Assembly (NCBI RefSeq): GCF_006345805.1
Contig: NC_043021.1
Location: 19,654,001-19,718,000 of the forward strand
Direction of reading: 5' to 3'
DNA from: Octopus sinensis
Lineage: Eukaryota
DNA length: 64,000 nucleotides
The notes under the pieces were generated by a model. The model saw only the letters and a list, made by a program, of their open reading frames with translations, was not told the DNA's origin and did not search any database. The position numbers were made by a program, and so were the translations under genes. Numbering within the stretch: position 1 is the first letter of the stretch; every line of letters starts with the position of its first letter. Positions 49,512-63,531 of the stretch are shown here, piece by piece.

Positions 49512-51455
49512 TCCTCCGCCACTACCATTTGACAACTGGTGTTAGTTTGTTTATGTCTCCCTAACTTAGTGGATTGGTAAAAAGCACAAGGCTTGACTGA
49601 ACCCCAAAACAGTGCCCCCCAGCATGGCTGCAGTCCAAAGACTGAGACAAGTAGAAGAATGAAAGCTGAAACAGTAAGCATGAGGGGTAACTTCTAAAAA
49701 GACCAGTTTAATGAAAATTCCAAACGATTTCTAGCTTCTTAAGACTATAGACAGTAAAACAGCTTAAATTAATCCATTCTTAATCTCCTTCATCACCTAA
49801 GACTCGTCTGCTGTCCTCAGCACAAACAATGGTGGGACTACAGACTACAGAAGCAGCTGTCCAAAACCTGTACACAAATCCATTCTTATGATATACTGCA
49901 GGTGCAGTAGAGGGCTTAAGAAGTTTGCTTCTGACTCACATGGTCTCCAGTTCTGTCCTATTGCATGGCACCTTGATCAATTGTCTTCTACTATAGGCCC
50001 AGGCCAACCAGAGCTTTCAATGGGTTTGGTAGACAGAAACTGAAAGAAGCTTGTTGTGTATGTGTGTGCATGCGCATGTATGTTGCTATCTCTTTGCCTT
50101 CACATCACAAGATAGCTGTAAGCAAGTATCACCATCCAGCAAGCGGTGTCCATTTCCAATGCTGGGAGGGGGCACGTCAGGTCATACAAAACAATACACA
50201 CACTACCAAATTCACTCACAAGGCTTTGGTTGGCCTGGTGCTATTGTAGATGAGATTTGCTGAAGGTGCCTCTTTTACCAAAATGGAATCATGTTGTAGT
50301 GTTGCCATAGTGTTAATTCTAAAACATCATTGTTGTTTAGCCTCATGTGAATGGTGACAGCAAAGCTTATTCCCAAAGGCAGTCCAGCTATAACCAACCC
50401 CATTTTTGTTTCAGACACTGTATCAAATGTATTCTATTTAATTTAACCCTTTAGCATTCAAATTAGTCTGTCAAATCATCATCATCATCGTTTAACGTTC
50501 GCTTTCCATGCTAGCATGGGTTGGACGATTTGACTGAGAGCTGGCTAACCAGATGGCTGCACCAGGCTCCAATCTGATCTGGCAGAGTTGCGACAGTTGG
50601 ATGCCCTTCCTAACACCAACCACTCCAAGAGTGTAGTGGGTGCTTTTACATGCTACCGGCACAGGGCCAGTCCGGCGGTACTGGCAACGAGCTGGCAGAA
50701 ACGTTAGCATGCCGGGCGAAATGCTTAGCGGTATTTCGTCTGCGTTACGTTGTGAGTTCAAATTCCGCCGAGGTCGACTTTGCCTTTCATCCTTTCGGGG
50801 TCGATAAAGTTACGCACTGGGGTCAATGTAATCGACTTAATACCTATGTCTGTCCTTGTTTGTCCCCTCTGTGTTTAGCTCTTTCTGGGTAATAAAGAAA
50901 TAGGTACTGGCAATGACTTCGCTCAAATCTTTTACACATGCCACCGGCACAGGTGCCAGTAAGGCAATGCTGGTAACAATCACTCTCAAATGGTGTCTTT
51001 TATGTGCCACCGGCACGGAGGCCAGATAGCTGCTCTGGCAACGATCATGCTCGGATGGTGCTCTTAATACCCTACTAGCACGGGGCTCAAGTGCCAGTAA
51101 GGCAACGCTGGTAACGATCATGCTTGAATGGTGCTTATTTGTTCAAATAATTTTGAATAACGCATTATCTCAAAGCTTCAAGATTTCAATGATATGATTA
51201 TTTTTAGTATGACATTCTAACATGAAACAGGAAGAACATTCAAACTGGACGTGACTGGTTTAACCCTTCATATTATTCTGAATACTTATTTATTCACTTT
51301 GTTTTGTATTTATCATGCATTCTCTTGCAGCTTTGAGATTTTCATCAGGTAACCTAGTTTTTAGAATGATATTGTAGGGCAGGTGTGAGAGGCAAGATTT
51401 GGACAATTTCGGCATAAAACAAGTTGAAAATTTTGGCTGGACAGGGCATGTTTAA

Positions 51456-51674
51456 CCCTTTAGTATTTAAACCGGCCATATCCGGCCAAAATAGTTAATC
51501 TGTTTTATGTTCAAACTGACCAGATCCTAGCTCTCACACCTACCCTACAATGTTATTCTACATTAAGTAATTACACCATCAAGATCTTGAAGATATGAGA
51601 TAATGCATGATTAATTCAAATCAATGGGAATCAATAGGCATTATGTTTGATTCAGTAATCTGAACACTAAAGGG
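51456..51674. mobile_element. piggyBac-like MITE, family 2
   Basis: TTAA|CCCTTTAGT...ACTAAAGGG|TTAA. Confidence 0.75.
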
Positions 51675-52523
51675 TTAAATGCTGATAGGTGAGTTGGATG
51701 ACATTTGGCTGCTGTTTCAAGATGGTCTACCATTCGACAAAGTTGTTGCTTCCCAACCACATGGTTCTGGGTTCAGTCCCACTGTGTGGAACCTGAGGAC
51801 AAGTGCCTTTTACTATATTTCTGGGCCTACCAAAGCCTTGTGAGTGGATTTGGCTGTATATATCTATGTGTGTGTGTGTGTGTGTGTCAACCATGTTGGT
51901 ATGTTCGTATCATTATTCCTGTTTAGCCCCAAGTCAGTCCTCATCCAGAAGCCTTTGTCAATCTGGGACTACAATATTCAATATGTCTGGGCATTATTTT
52001 AAAGCAGTAAAGTATGAATAAAGGCACTTATGGTTACATCTGTATCTAACAGCTTTAGTGACAAGAGTCTACCACCACAACCACCACGAGCTATTAAATT
52101 CCATTTTGTGTTTCTTTTTTTTAATGTACATGGAGCCTCGTTTATCACTAATCCAAGATAACACAGTACGTTCAATTATGAACCATGCTAAGCTTTATCA
52201 CAGATTGAATTACGATAACATGGGTCAGCAATCAGTTGAAAATTCTGCTTGTACCACAAAAAAAACAGGCCCCAGGGACCACCCACGATGCTCTGACTAT
52301 CGCTTGTATTTACATAACTGTGCCAGGAGGTCGTGTCTTTTTTATACAAAATTTACATACCTGTACCCCTCAACAAGGGACTGGTAAACAGAAAAAATAC
52401 GAATATGCCTGACCCTAACAAATTACAGACGCGTATTTGCTACAACAGGGGTCCCCAACTACCCAACCACAGACCAGTTTGAAGCCACATGCAAAGAAAT
52501 TTTATTTCTGCAGGGTGTTTTTG

Positions 52524-52906
52524 CACAGGAGTGGCTGTGTGGTAAGTAGCTTGTTTACCAACCACATGGTTCCGGGTTCAGTCCCACTGCGTGGCACCTT
52601 GGGCAAGTGTCTTCTACTATAGCCTCGGGCCGACCAAAGCCTTGTGAGTGGATTTGGTAGAACGGAAACTGAAAGAAGCCCATCGTATATATGTATATAT
52701 ATATGTGTGTGTGTGTTTGTCCCACTAGCATTGCTTGACAACCGATGCTGGTGTGTTTATGTCCCCGTTACTTGGCGGTTCTGCAAAGGAGACCGATAGA
52801 ATAAGTACTGGGCTTACAAAAGAATAAGTCCTGGGGGTCGAGTTGCTCATTAAAGGCAGTGCTCCAGCATGGCCGCAGTCAAATGACTGAAACAAGTAAA
52901 AGAGTA
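52524..52906 (+). mobile_element. SINE family A
   Basis: Full-length copy. Confidence 0.85.
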
Positions 52907-53318
52907 GAGTATTATAAATCTAATACATAAAGCACTCGTGGTAAAGCCATATAAAAGCACCCGGCACACTCTATAAAGTAATCGGTGTTAGGAAGGGCAC
53001 CCAGCTGTAGAAACCATGCCAAATCAGACTGGAGTTTGGTGCAGCTTCCTAGCTCGCCAGCTCTGGTCAATCTGTCCGACCCATGCTAGCATGGACAATG
53101 AACATTAAATGATGATGATGGTGATGACATATGTAACATGCATGTATGTATTGTATAGGTGACACATGTATTATATCATCGCTTTATGTCTGTTTTCCAT
53201 GCTGGAATGAGTTGGACAGTTTGACCGGAGCTGGTCAGTTAGAGAGCTGCCTCGGCTTCATTTGTCTGCTTTGACACAGAATGTACTGGATGACTTTTAT
53301 GTGGTGCTGGCACGGGGT

Positions 53319-53781
53319 CCTCATACGTAGCACTGGCATGGGTACCTCATACATAGCACTGGCATGAGGACCTCATACATAGCACTGGCATGAGGACCTC
53401 ATACATAGCACTGGCATGGGTACCTCATACGTAGCACTGGCATGGGTACCTCATACATAGCACTGGCATGGGTACCTCATACATAGCACTGGCATGGGGA
53501 CCTCATACGTAGCACTGGCATGGGGACCTTATACGTAGCACTGGCATGGGGACCTCATACGTAGCACTGGCATGGGGACCTCATACGTAGCACTGGCATG
53601 GGTACCTCATACGTAGCACTGGCATGGGGACCTCATACGTAGCACTGGCATGGGGACCTCATACGTAGCACTGGCATGGGGACCTCATACGTAGCACTGG
53701 CATGGGGACCTCATACGTAGCACTGGCATGGGGACCTCATACGTAGCACTGGCATGGGGACCTCATACGTAGCACTGGCAA
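53319..53781. repeat. 26-bp minisatellite, ~18 units
   Basis: Unit cctcatacgtagcactggcatgggga with 1-2 nt variants. Confidence 0.95.
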
Positions 53782-55319
53782 GGGTGCTTTGTATATATGT
53801 ATGTGTGTGTGTTCGTCCCCCCAACATCGCTTGACAAACGATGCTGGTGTGTTTACGTCCTTGTAACTTAGCGGTTCGGCAACAGAGACCGATAGAATAA
53901 GTACTAGGCTTACAAAGAATAAGTCCCGGGGTGGATTTACTCGACTAAAGGCAGTGCTCCAACATGGCCGCAGTCAAATGACTGAAACAAGTAAAAGAGT
54001 AAAGAGTATAATAGAAACAGTAGCAAGTCTTCACGCCTGGCTGCATCTAATTCCATCCACTTATTTTACTTTCTGCTCTTACTAACATGATCATTCAATC
54101 TGCTAGAAACAGAAGCCAAATCTCTTTCATATCACACATCCTACTGTCATAAAAAAAAAAAAAAAGAGGCACATTGGGTTCTCTGCACAAAGGTAAAGAG
54201 CTAAGGTGATGATGACTGGAATACCTGAATTCAGTTCTATTTAATTAGAGTTAACAAGAGTTAAACAAAGATCAGTTTTCAGGGTGCTGCTACATGATCA
54301 ATCGAAGTATTAGAAATGGCAGCCAAACCTCCCTCAAAACACAATTTACTATTTTTAAAAAATAAATGCATTAAACAATGCCATTCTCGATACACTGCAC
54401 CCACCACCCAAATGATGAGATGGTCATCTTGCTCTGAGCTGACCTAGAACTAAATATTTATCACTCAGGTAACTAGAAATAGCAGCTGACTCTTCTTCAA
54501 ATCACATCATACTGAATAAAAAAAGGACAAGAACAAGCCTTGAATATAATCCTAGATACACTGTGTATCTTTTATATCTTTAATCTTTCAAGGTAGTGCC
54601 CCATGTTGGGTTTTAGTTAAACGAATCAACCCCAGTAGTTATTTTATTTTTAAGCCTGGTACATATACTATCGTGGAGGCACAATGGCCCAGTGGTTAGG
54701 GCAGCGGACTCGCGGTCATAGGATCGCAGTTTCGATTCCCAGACCGGGCGTTGTGAGTGTTTATTGAGCGAAAACACCTAAAAGCTCCACGAGGCTCCGG
54801 CAGGGATGGTGGTGATCCCTGCTGTACTCTTTCACCACAACTTTCTCTCACTCTTATTTCCTGTTTCTGTTGTACCTGTATTTCACGGGGCCAGCCTTGT
54901 CACTCTCTGTGTCACGCTGAATAACATCCCGAGAACTACGTTAAGGGTGCACGTGCCTGTGGAGTGCTCAGCCACTTACACGTTAATTTCACAAGTAGGC
55001 TGTCCCGTTGATTCGGATCAACCGGAACCCTCATCGTCGTAACCGACGGAGTGCTTCCATTCCATTCTACATATACTATCAAACCCCTTTTGATGAACCG
55101 CTAATTTACAAGGACGTAAACAAACAAACGCCGGTCGTCAAAGGTAGTGGGGGGGGGCAAACGCAAATGCACACACAAGGCGGGCGTCTTTTGGTTTCCA
55201 TCTACCGAATCCAATCACACGCTTTTGGTTAGCCTGGGATTAAAGTAAGGTGCTGAACAGTGTAACTGAACTCGGAACCATGTGACTGCAAAGCAAACGT
55301 CTTAACCACACAGCTATAC

Positions 55320-55712
55320 TCTTTACTCTCTTTTACTAGTTTCAGTCATTTGACTGCAGCCATGCTGGAGCACCGCCTTTAATCGAGCAACTCGACCCCG
55401 GGACTTATTCTTTTGTAAGCCCAGTACTTATTCTATCGGTCTCTTTTGCCGAACCACTAAGTAACGGAGACGTAAACACACCAGCATCGGTTGTCAAGCA
55501 ATGCTAGGGGGACAAACACAGACACACAAACATATATATATACATATATACGACAGGCTTCTTTCAGTTTCCGTCTACCAAATCCACTCACAAGGCATTG
55601 GTCGGCCCGGGGCTATAGTAGAAGACACTTGCCCAAGGTGCCACGCAGTGGGACTGAACCCGGAACCATGTGGTTGGTTAGCAAGCTACTTACCACACAG
55701 CCACTCCTGCGC
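55320..55712 (-). mobile_element. SINE family A
   Basis: Full-length copy. Confidence 0.85.
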
Positions 55713-56725
55713 CTATGCTTGCACCCATAAATAAAATAAATTTTCAAAACAGTCATAATGGTCGCTGTTAGAAGTGTCTGATCAAGGCCAACCTGAGGCT
55801 ATAAACAACACCAACAACAACAAGTGTGTGAAATACAAAAGCTGCAAAACTATTTTGATAAAAAGAAGGTAGACATGGGTTACGATGGGAAAAGTTGTTG
55901 GATTTTCACAAATAGCAGCTTGTTTGTAGCGAAAGAGAAAGGAAATTGAATGAATGAGAGTGAGAGAGTGTACCTGGAAGGGTTGGCATAGCTGCCTCGC
56001 TCGAAGTCCCATACCTCATGGGAAAAGAAAAAGCTACAGTAGTAGAGAGGTCGGGTGGGAGGAGAGCAAAACAAAAAAAGAAATGAAAAGATTTTTTACA
56101 ATTTTTTTTTTTATTTCCTACCAGAATCTTTACTGTTGAAAGAAACAGGAATATTAAAAAAAAAAATGAATGTGCATCTATGTTTGTGTGTCTGTGTTTG
56201 TCCCCCTAGCATCGCTTGACAACCGATGCTGGTGTGTTTACGTCCCCGTCACTTAGCAGTTCGGCAAAAGGAGACCGATAGAATAAGTACTGGGCTTACA
56301 AAAAGAATAAGTCCCGGGGTCGATTTGCTCGACTAAAGGCGGTGCTCCAGCATGGCCGCAGTCAAATCACTGAAACAAGTAAAAGAGTAAAAGAGTAAAG
56401 AGTAAGAGAAAGGGATGGACGACCATTTTCCTTTCCCGTGCAATGTGGAACTTCGAAGGACCACACGTATCTATATCTACACGTATCTATATCGCGCGCG
56501 TGCGTGTGTGTGTGTGTATTTAAAAGTTATTTTAAAATCGAATTTATTTGTAAACAAGAAATGAAAAAAAAAAACCAAAGACCTAGTAAGAAATATATGT
56601 CATTATGTTGTGAGAGACGAAAACACCAAGGGACGGGGGGGGGGGCAGTAAAAATGTCCGTATTTTTACCGTTGCACAAAACCAAACGAATTTATCCATT
56701 TCGCCGCCACTTTATTATTTTTTTC

Positions 56726-57151
56726 GGCGATCTTTCGTCTCTAGTAGACCTTTCCGTCGATTTCCGTAAAAAAAATTTTTTTATTACATATGGGCTTGCG
56801 GGAACTTTTGAAGTAATATACATACATATACACATACACCGAGTAAAAAATTTCAGTTATCTCTCTCTTTCACACATTACTCTCTGTCTCTTCACACATA
56901 CTAACAGAAGCACTTCACTTACACAACATACTGTCTGTCTCCCACACCCCATCAAACACACACACACACACACATGTACATCAATGCTTCACATGCACGG
57001 TAACTTCAAAAGAACTTCCCTCGTCATACAATCGCTTTCTCTTAGTCTCTTTCGCTCTCATTACTTCAAAAGTTCCCGCAAGCCCTATGTAAAAAAAAAA
57101 AAATTTTTTACGGAAATCGACGGAAAGGTCTACTAGAGACGAAAGATTGCC
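56726..57151. mobile_element. MITE with ~90-bp TIRs and related GGC(G/A)ATCTT termini (Merlin-like)
   Basis: 56726-56817 is the reverse complement of 57060-57151; flanks are T-rich, so the TSD is ambiguous. Confidence 0.7.
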
Positions 57152-57767
57152 TTTTTTCTTCTTAAATATTATTTCATGAACGGATGTTCCATTTTTAGTT
57201 GCAGTAAGCAGGAAGAGAGACTCCAGTGATGATATCTGGTCTACCTTACAGACAGACCTGCCAACAATACCGACAGAGCCGACCTTTAAACAAAGAGTTT
57301 TCTATGTGCCCGCTAACAGGACCTGCTAGAAACAGCAGCCAAATATCCCTCAAATCACAGACTATTGCCGTTTTAAAAAAAAAAAAAAACAAAGGGCACA
57401 TTGGATAATGTAGTCCAAGTCCTACGTATCACGGCGGGTGGGGTGGGGTGGAATCTGATAGTAAACCAGCAGAATTCGAGAAATGTAGCGATGAGTAGAA
57501 ATTACAAACGGATCAAACAATGAAAATACATTTTTTTACGAGGAAGAAAATAAAGACTATAGTTTATCCTCAGAGACAGAAACACAAAGTTCTCGTGAAG
57601 AGACGTAAGTGTGGGCGTGTGGTAATGAGTTTACTTTCCAAGCACATGGTTCCTGGTTCAGTCCCACTGCGTGGAACCTTGGGCAAGCGTCTTCTACTAT
57701 AACCCCGAATGAACTAAAACTTTTGGAGAGAATCTGGTAGGCGGGCGGAAACTTAAAGAAACCAGTC

Positions 57768-57804
<37 letters not shown>

Positions 57805-58620
57805 TATACATATATATATACATACACACACATATATATACATATATATATACACACATATATACATATATATATACACACATATATACATATATATATA
57901 CATATATATATATACACACACATATATACACATATATATATATATATACACACATATATATACATATATATATATATACACACATATATACATATATATA
58001 TATATACACACATATATACATATATATATATATACACACATATACACATATATATACATATATATATATACACACATATATACATATATATATATACACA
58101 CATATATACATATATATATACATATATATATATACACACATATATATACATATATATATAATACACACATATATATATACACATATATATATAACATATA
58201 TATACACATATATATACATATATATATATACCCACATATATATACATATATTATATATATATACACACCATATATACATATATATATATATATAACACAT
58301 ATATATACATATATATATATATACACACACATATATACATATATATATAATACACACATATATACATATATATATATATACACACACATATATACACACA
58401 TATATATACACACATATATATACACACACACATACATATATATACACACACATATATACACATATATATACACACACATATACACACATATATATATACA
58501 CACACATATACATACACACATATATATATACACACACAAACATATATATACACACACATATATATACACATATATACACACACATACATATATATATACA
58601 CACATATATAATGTATGTAT
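57768..58620. repeat. ~850-bp compound (TA)/(CA) microsatellite inside a SINE
   Basis: Only A/T/C dinucleotide motifs; SINE head on the left, SINE tail on the right. Confidence 0.95.
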
Positions 58621-61292
58621 GTAGGTGTATACTTGTCTCTCACTACCGATTGACAACCGGTGTTGGTTTCTTTGCGTCCCAGTAATTAGGCGATTCAGCA
58701 AAAGGGACCAACAAGGCTTTAAAAAGAAATAAGTACTGAGATGGATTCATTTGACTAAAAACCCTTCAAGGCAGTGCCCCAGCGTGGCCGCAGACCAGTG
58801 ACTGAAACCAGTAAAAGGATAAAAAATAAAAAAGAAGACGAAAAGATAGGTTGCAAAGTGCATTTGATCAAAGCTGACCCGGGCCTAGGGTTTAATAAAC
58901 GGCAACAACAAAGTAATGAGGGGGGGGGCGAGACCCTATACCCCTTGAAGGCATGTCGACTTAACCCCTTGCTCGTCCCAAAGCATTTTTCTAAAGTTTA
59001 TCCAAAACGCCCACGCTGGTTTTCAGACTCTAAAGCTAGTCCTTTGTTCCGTGCGTTGAGTAATATGAGGCTTTCCTTACACGGGGCCCGAGTTACTCTA
59101 ATGGTTGAAAAACAAAATCGGTAATGTGTATTGTGTATGAAGCATGGACGAGAGGCAAACATGTCCTAGTGTATATTAATTACACGTGCTTCACAGGAGA
59201 TGGAAAGGTTCATTTTTTTAAAAAAATACGGTTGCTAAAACTACTACCGTAATTTATATATTTAATTGTTCGTACAACTGTAGAGCCCCCTCTCTCCCTT
59301 AATAATTTGATCTTCAACACTGTTAAACAAAGAAAATACAGAATTTTCCGTCGATTTGTTCGACTAAAGGCGGTGCTCCAGCATAGCCGCAGTCAAATGA
59401 CTGATACAAAATAATAAAAGAATACACACACACACACACACGTGAGCGTGTCTGTGTTTCCCCCCCCCCCTCCACCGCATGACAACCGGTATTGGTTTGT
59501 TTACGTCCCCGTGACTTAGTGGTTCGGAGGGAAAAGAAACCAACAGAATAAGTATCGGGCTTTAAAAAAAAAATAAACACTAGGGACGAATTTTTGCGAC
59601 TGAACCCTTTTTAAGGTGGGGGCCCCAGCATGGTTCGAACCCATGACTGCAACGAGTAAAAGATTTAAAAGGAAAAAGAAACATTGAAACTCTTATTCTA
59701 TAATGAATATTTTGGTTAGAACGACGGCAGCTGAAAAATCTTTGATTAATAAATTGGTCAGAAATTATAAGCATCGAGGAACAATACATTGAGTACCGTA
59801 GTTCGGGGGCGTGGTGGTCATGGTTGGAACAGCAAATGGCTAAAGAAATCGAGGAATCGCGTTGTTACTGTTGCGTCATTTCCTTTCTTTTGGTGCTTGA
59901 GAGGCTTCCACTAATAAAGAAACATTTCTTCCAACCGATATGGGAGTGTGCGTGTGTGTGTGTGTGTATGAAGAGGAGGAATTCCAGCTGCTAGAAATAG
60001 CAACCAAATATACTACAGATCACATTCTGTATTCCTTAAATATATAACCAACCAGTTACGCACTGGAGTCGATGTAATCAACTTAATCCGTCTGTCTATG
60101 CTGGAGCACCACCTTTAATCGAGCAACTCAACCCCGGGACTTATTCTTTTGTAAGCCCAGTACTTATTCTATCGGTCTCTTTTGCCGAACCGCTAAGTAA
60201 CGGGGACATACACACCAGCATCAGTTGTCAAGCAATGCTAGGGGGACAAACACAGACACACAAACACACATATACGACAGGCTTCTTTCAGTTTCCGTCT
60301 ACAAAATTCACTCACAAAGGCTTTGGTTGGCCCAAGGCTATAGTAGAAGACACTTGTGTAACTCCCAAGAATATTTTGATTGCAGCCACGGTGAAGGCCA
60401 CAAATGGACCTCCCGCTCTCTCTCTCTCTCTCATATACTCGTACATTAATGAAAAAGAATGGTTTTCACCAAACACGACGATATAACTTTTCCCTATTTC
60501 AAATATTTGTAGATTCAATCAACTATTTTCGATAAACTCATAACCAGATCCATCTTATTGCTTATCGTTTTTTACAAAATAGATGGTCAAAGTTGACAGT
60601 GTGAGATGGGCCACAGCTAGGATACCTCTAACCAGGATCACCATCACCACCAAGCCACAAGCCCTGGGTTATTTAGTACTAAGCTACACTGAAAGAATGA
60701 ATTTTTAAATTTTATTTCTATTTTACTGACTATTGCAATCTTGTAAGATATTTGTTGTTTTCTTTTCTTCAATTTCTGCAATTTCAACCAATCACTGACA
60801 TCTATTGAGGTAAAAAAAACCACTGTGCCGTATGAATATGTACCTCGTTTAAGAAACAGATTGGGTTTATTTACATTTGTGAAGAAAAAAAAGATACCCT
60901 TCCCCCCACCCCACCCCTAACCCTAAAACCGATTGAAATGCAATAGATCGATACCAGGGTCATAATTATGGGTGAGAATTTCACATGACACCGCTAGAAG
61001 AAACTGCCGTTCAAACTGAAAAGATCCAATATATGTGTATTACATAATAATTAAATTATAAAATGCAAAAAAGGAAACAGTATTTCGGTTCGCAAACAAG
61101 TGTATTTGTGCCTTACTTTTTGTGTTAGCAGTGCAATATTTTCACAAGTTTACCTCTACAAATTTACTTCAGAATTCAGAAATTGACAATGTTGTCCTTG
61201 ACATGCTATAAAGTCTCCCCCAACCAGACATAGCAACCAAATCTCCCATGCATCACACTTCACTGTCTTAAAAAAGAGACAAAGATAGACAT

Positions 61293-61708
61293 AGGCGCAG
61301 GAGTGGCTGTGTGGTAAGTACCGTGTTTACCAACCACATGGTTCCGGGTTCAGTCCCACTGCATGGCACCTTGGGCAAGTGTCTTCTACTATAGCCTCGG
61401 GCCGACCAAAGCCTTGTGAGTGGATTTGGAAGGCGAAAACTGAAAGAAGCCCGTCGTATATATGTGTGTATATATATATATATATGCGTGTGTATGTTTG
61501 TGTGTCTGTGTTTGTCCCCCCCTAGCATTGCTTGACAACCGATGCTGGTGTGTTTACGTCCCCGTCACTTAGCAGTTCGACAAAAGAGACCGATAGAATA
61601 AGTACTGGGCTTACAAAAGCATAAGTCCCGAGGTTGATTTGCTCGATTAAAGGCGGTGCTCCAGCATGGCCACAGTCAAATGACTGAAACAAGTAAAAGA
61701 GTAAAAGA
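61293..61708 (+). mobile_element. SINE family A
   Basis: Full-length copy. Confidence 0.85.
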
Positions 61709-62257
61709 ATATTAGCAGAAATACCCAGCACTACCAAAGGTCAGTGGATCAAAGAAACATCATACAGCAACCGGCTGGCACTCATTAGAAACAACTCAGT
61801 GAGACTTGTGACTATAAGTTCTCAATCACTTGTTGGGTTCAATGATATTTTTCATTTTGATCAATGCTGCTGTGATAAGACCATCAAGAAGTCCAACTTT
61901 TGAAGTACCATCATGAAACTGATGTGAAAACAGGCTTTCAAGTAGTCCTTGTATTTACCACATTCAGGTACAGGCATGGCACCCTGGGCAAGTGCCTTCC
62001 ACTCTAGTTTTGGATCACCCAAAGCCTTGCGAGTGAATTTGGCAGATGGAAACCAAGAGGAGCCTGTCGTGTGTGTGTGTATACACACAGAGAACATTTT
62101 ATGTACAAACACGTCAGAGGCTGCTTAGCTTCATGGTACAGAGCACTCAGCTGGTATCTACCAGACACAGGGTTCAATTCCCCAGTCGCCTGCAGGCAAC
62201 TCTTTTTCATTTTCTAAGGCTAAAATACCCACTCTTTCTTAGCTGTTTTCACACCCT

Positions 62258-62296
<39 letters not shown>

Positions 62297-63001
62297 CTTT
62301 ACTACCCACAAGGGGCTAAACACAGAGGGGACAAACAAGGACAGAAAAGGGGATTATGTCAATTACATCGACCCCAGTGCATAACTGGTACTTAATTTAT
62401 CAACCCCGAAAAGAATGAAAGGCAAAGTCGACCTTGGCGGAATTTGAACTCGGAACGTAACAACAGACAAAATACGGCTACGCATTTCGCCTTTAATATA
62501 TATATAAAGGTAAAGACCCCCTTCGCTCATAAATGACCGTGAGATTGCAGCTAGAAGTACCCCTCCAAGGCACAAGACCAAGCAAGGTTGTTTATGGAAG
62601 ACCAGCAGTCGGCTATGCTCTCTCCACGCCACCAATGTTATCAAAGAGAAAGGCAAAGGCCGACACAGCTTGGCAGCAACATATTTCTACAGCTGAGTGA
62701 ACTGAAGCAACGTGAAATAAAGTGTCTTGCTCAAGAACACGACACAGCCTGATCCAGGCATCGAACTCACCACCTCGTGATTGTGAGCCCGATGTACTAA
62801 CCACTGAGTCATGCAACTTCATATAGATACATATATAAATGTAAGTACATACACAACACACACACACACACGTGTGTGTTTGTGTGTGGGTGTGTTCATC
62901 TGGAGGTCACATGATTGTTGCAAATGAATGCCGTTCATTTCAAAACTTCCTCGGGACCATGTCTGGCCATGGGGGAATCTTATCTTGTTTGGATACAAGC
63001 A

Positions 63002-63531
63002 TAGGCGCAGGAGTGGCTGTGTGGTAAGTAGCTTGCTAACCAACCACATGGTTCTGGGTTCGTTCCCACTGCGTGGCACCTTGGGTAAGTGTCTTCTACT
63101 ATAGCCTCGGGCCAACCAAAGCCTTGTGAGTGGATTTGGTAGACGGAAACTGAAAGAAGCCCGTCGTATATATGTATATATACATATGTATGTGCGTGTT
63201 TGTGTGTCTGTGTTTGTCCCCCCAACATCGCTTGACAACCGATGCTGTTGTGTTTACGTCCCCGTTACTTAGCAGTTTGGCAAAAGAGACCGATAGAATA
63301 AGTACTAGGCTTACAAAGAATAAGCCCTGTCGTATATATGTGTATGTGTGTCTGTGTTTGTCCCCCTAGCATTGCTTGACAACCGATGCTGGTGTGTTTA
63401 CGTCCCCGTCACTTAGCAGTTCGGCAAAAGAGGCCGATAGAATAAGTCCTGGGGTCAATTTGCTCGACTAAAATGGGGTGCTCCAGCATGGCCACAGTCA
63501 AATGACTGAAACAAGTAAAAGAGTAAAGAGT
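63002..63531 (+). mobile_element. SINE family A with internal duplication of its middle segment
   Basis: gtcgtatatatg...gaccgatagaataagt occurs twice (~63160-63320 and ~63328-63446). Confidence 0.8.

Noticed and set aside
52343-52362. Possible 20-nt micro-exon (ttaccag...cag|gtatgt, minus strand)
   Set aside because: Chance splice-like motifs are common and there is no protein similarity.
55880-56074. VWDFERG WD40-like peptide and a nearby GT donor as a possible exon or 5' UTR exon
   Set aside because: Too short, no further WD repeats, no phase-linked partner exon identifiable.
57557-58701. Long YI/CV/HT-rich ORFs here and at other microsatellites
   Set aside because: Translations of (TA)n/(CA)n tracts.
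60312-60518. ORF ending ...MYE|gt in the phase needed for BAZ1A's first coding exon
   Set aside because: Peptide has no resemblance to the conserved BAZ1A N-terminus and the donor is weak.
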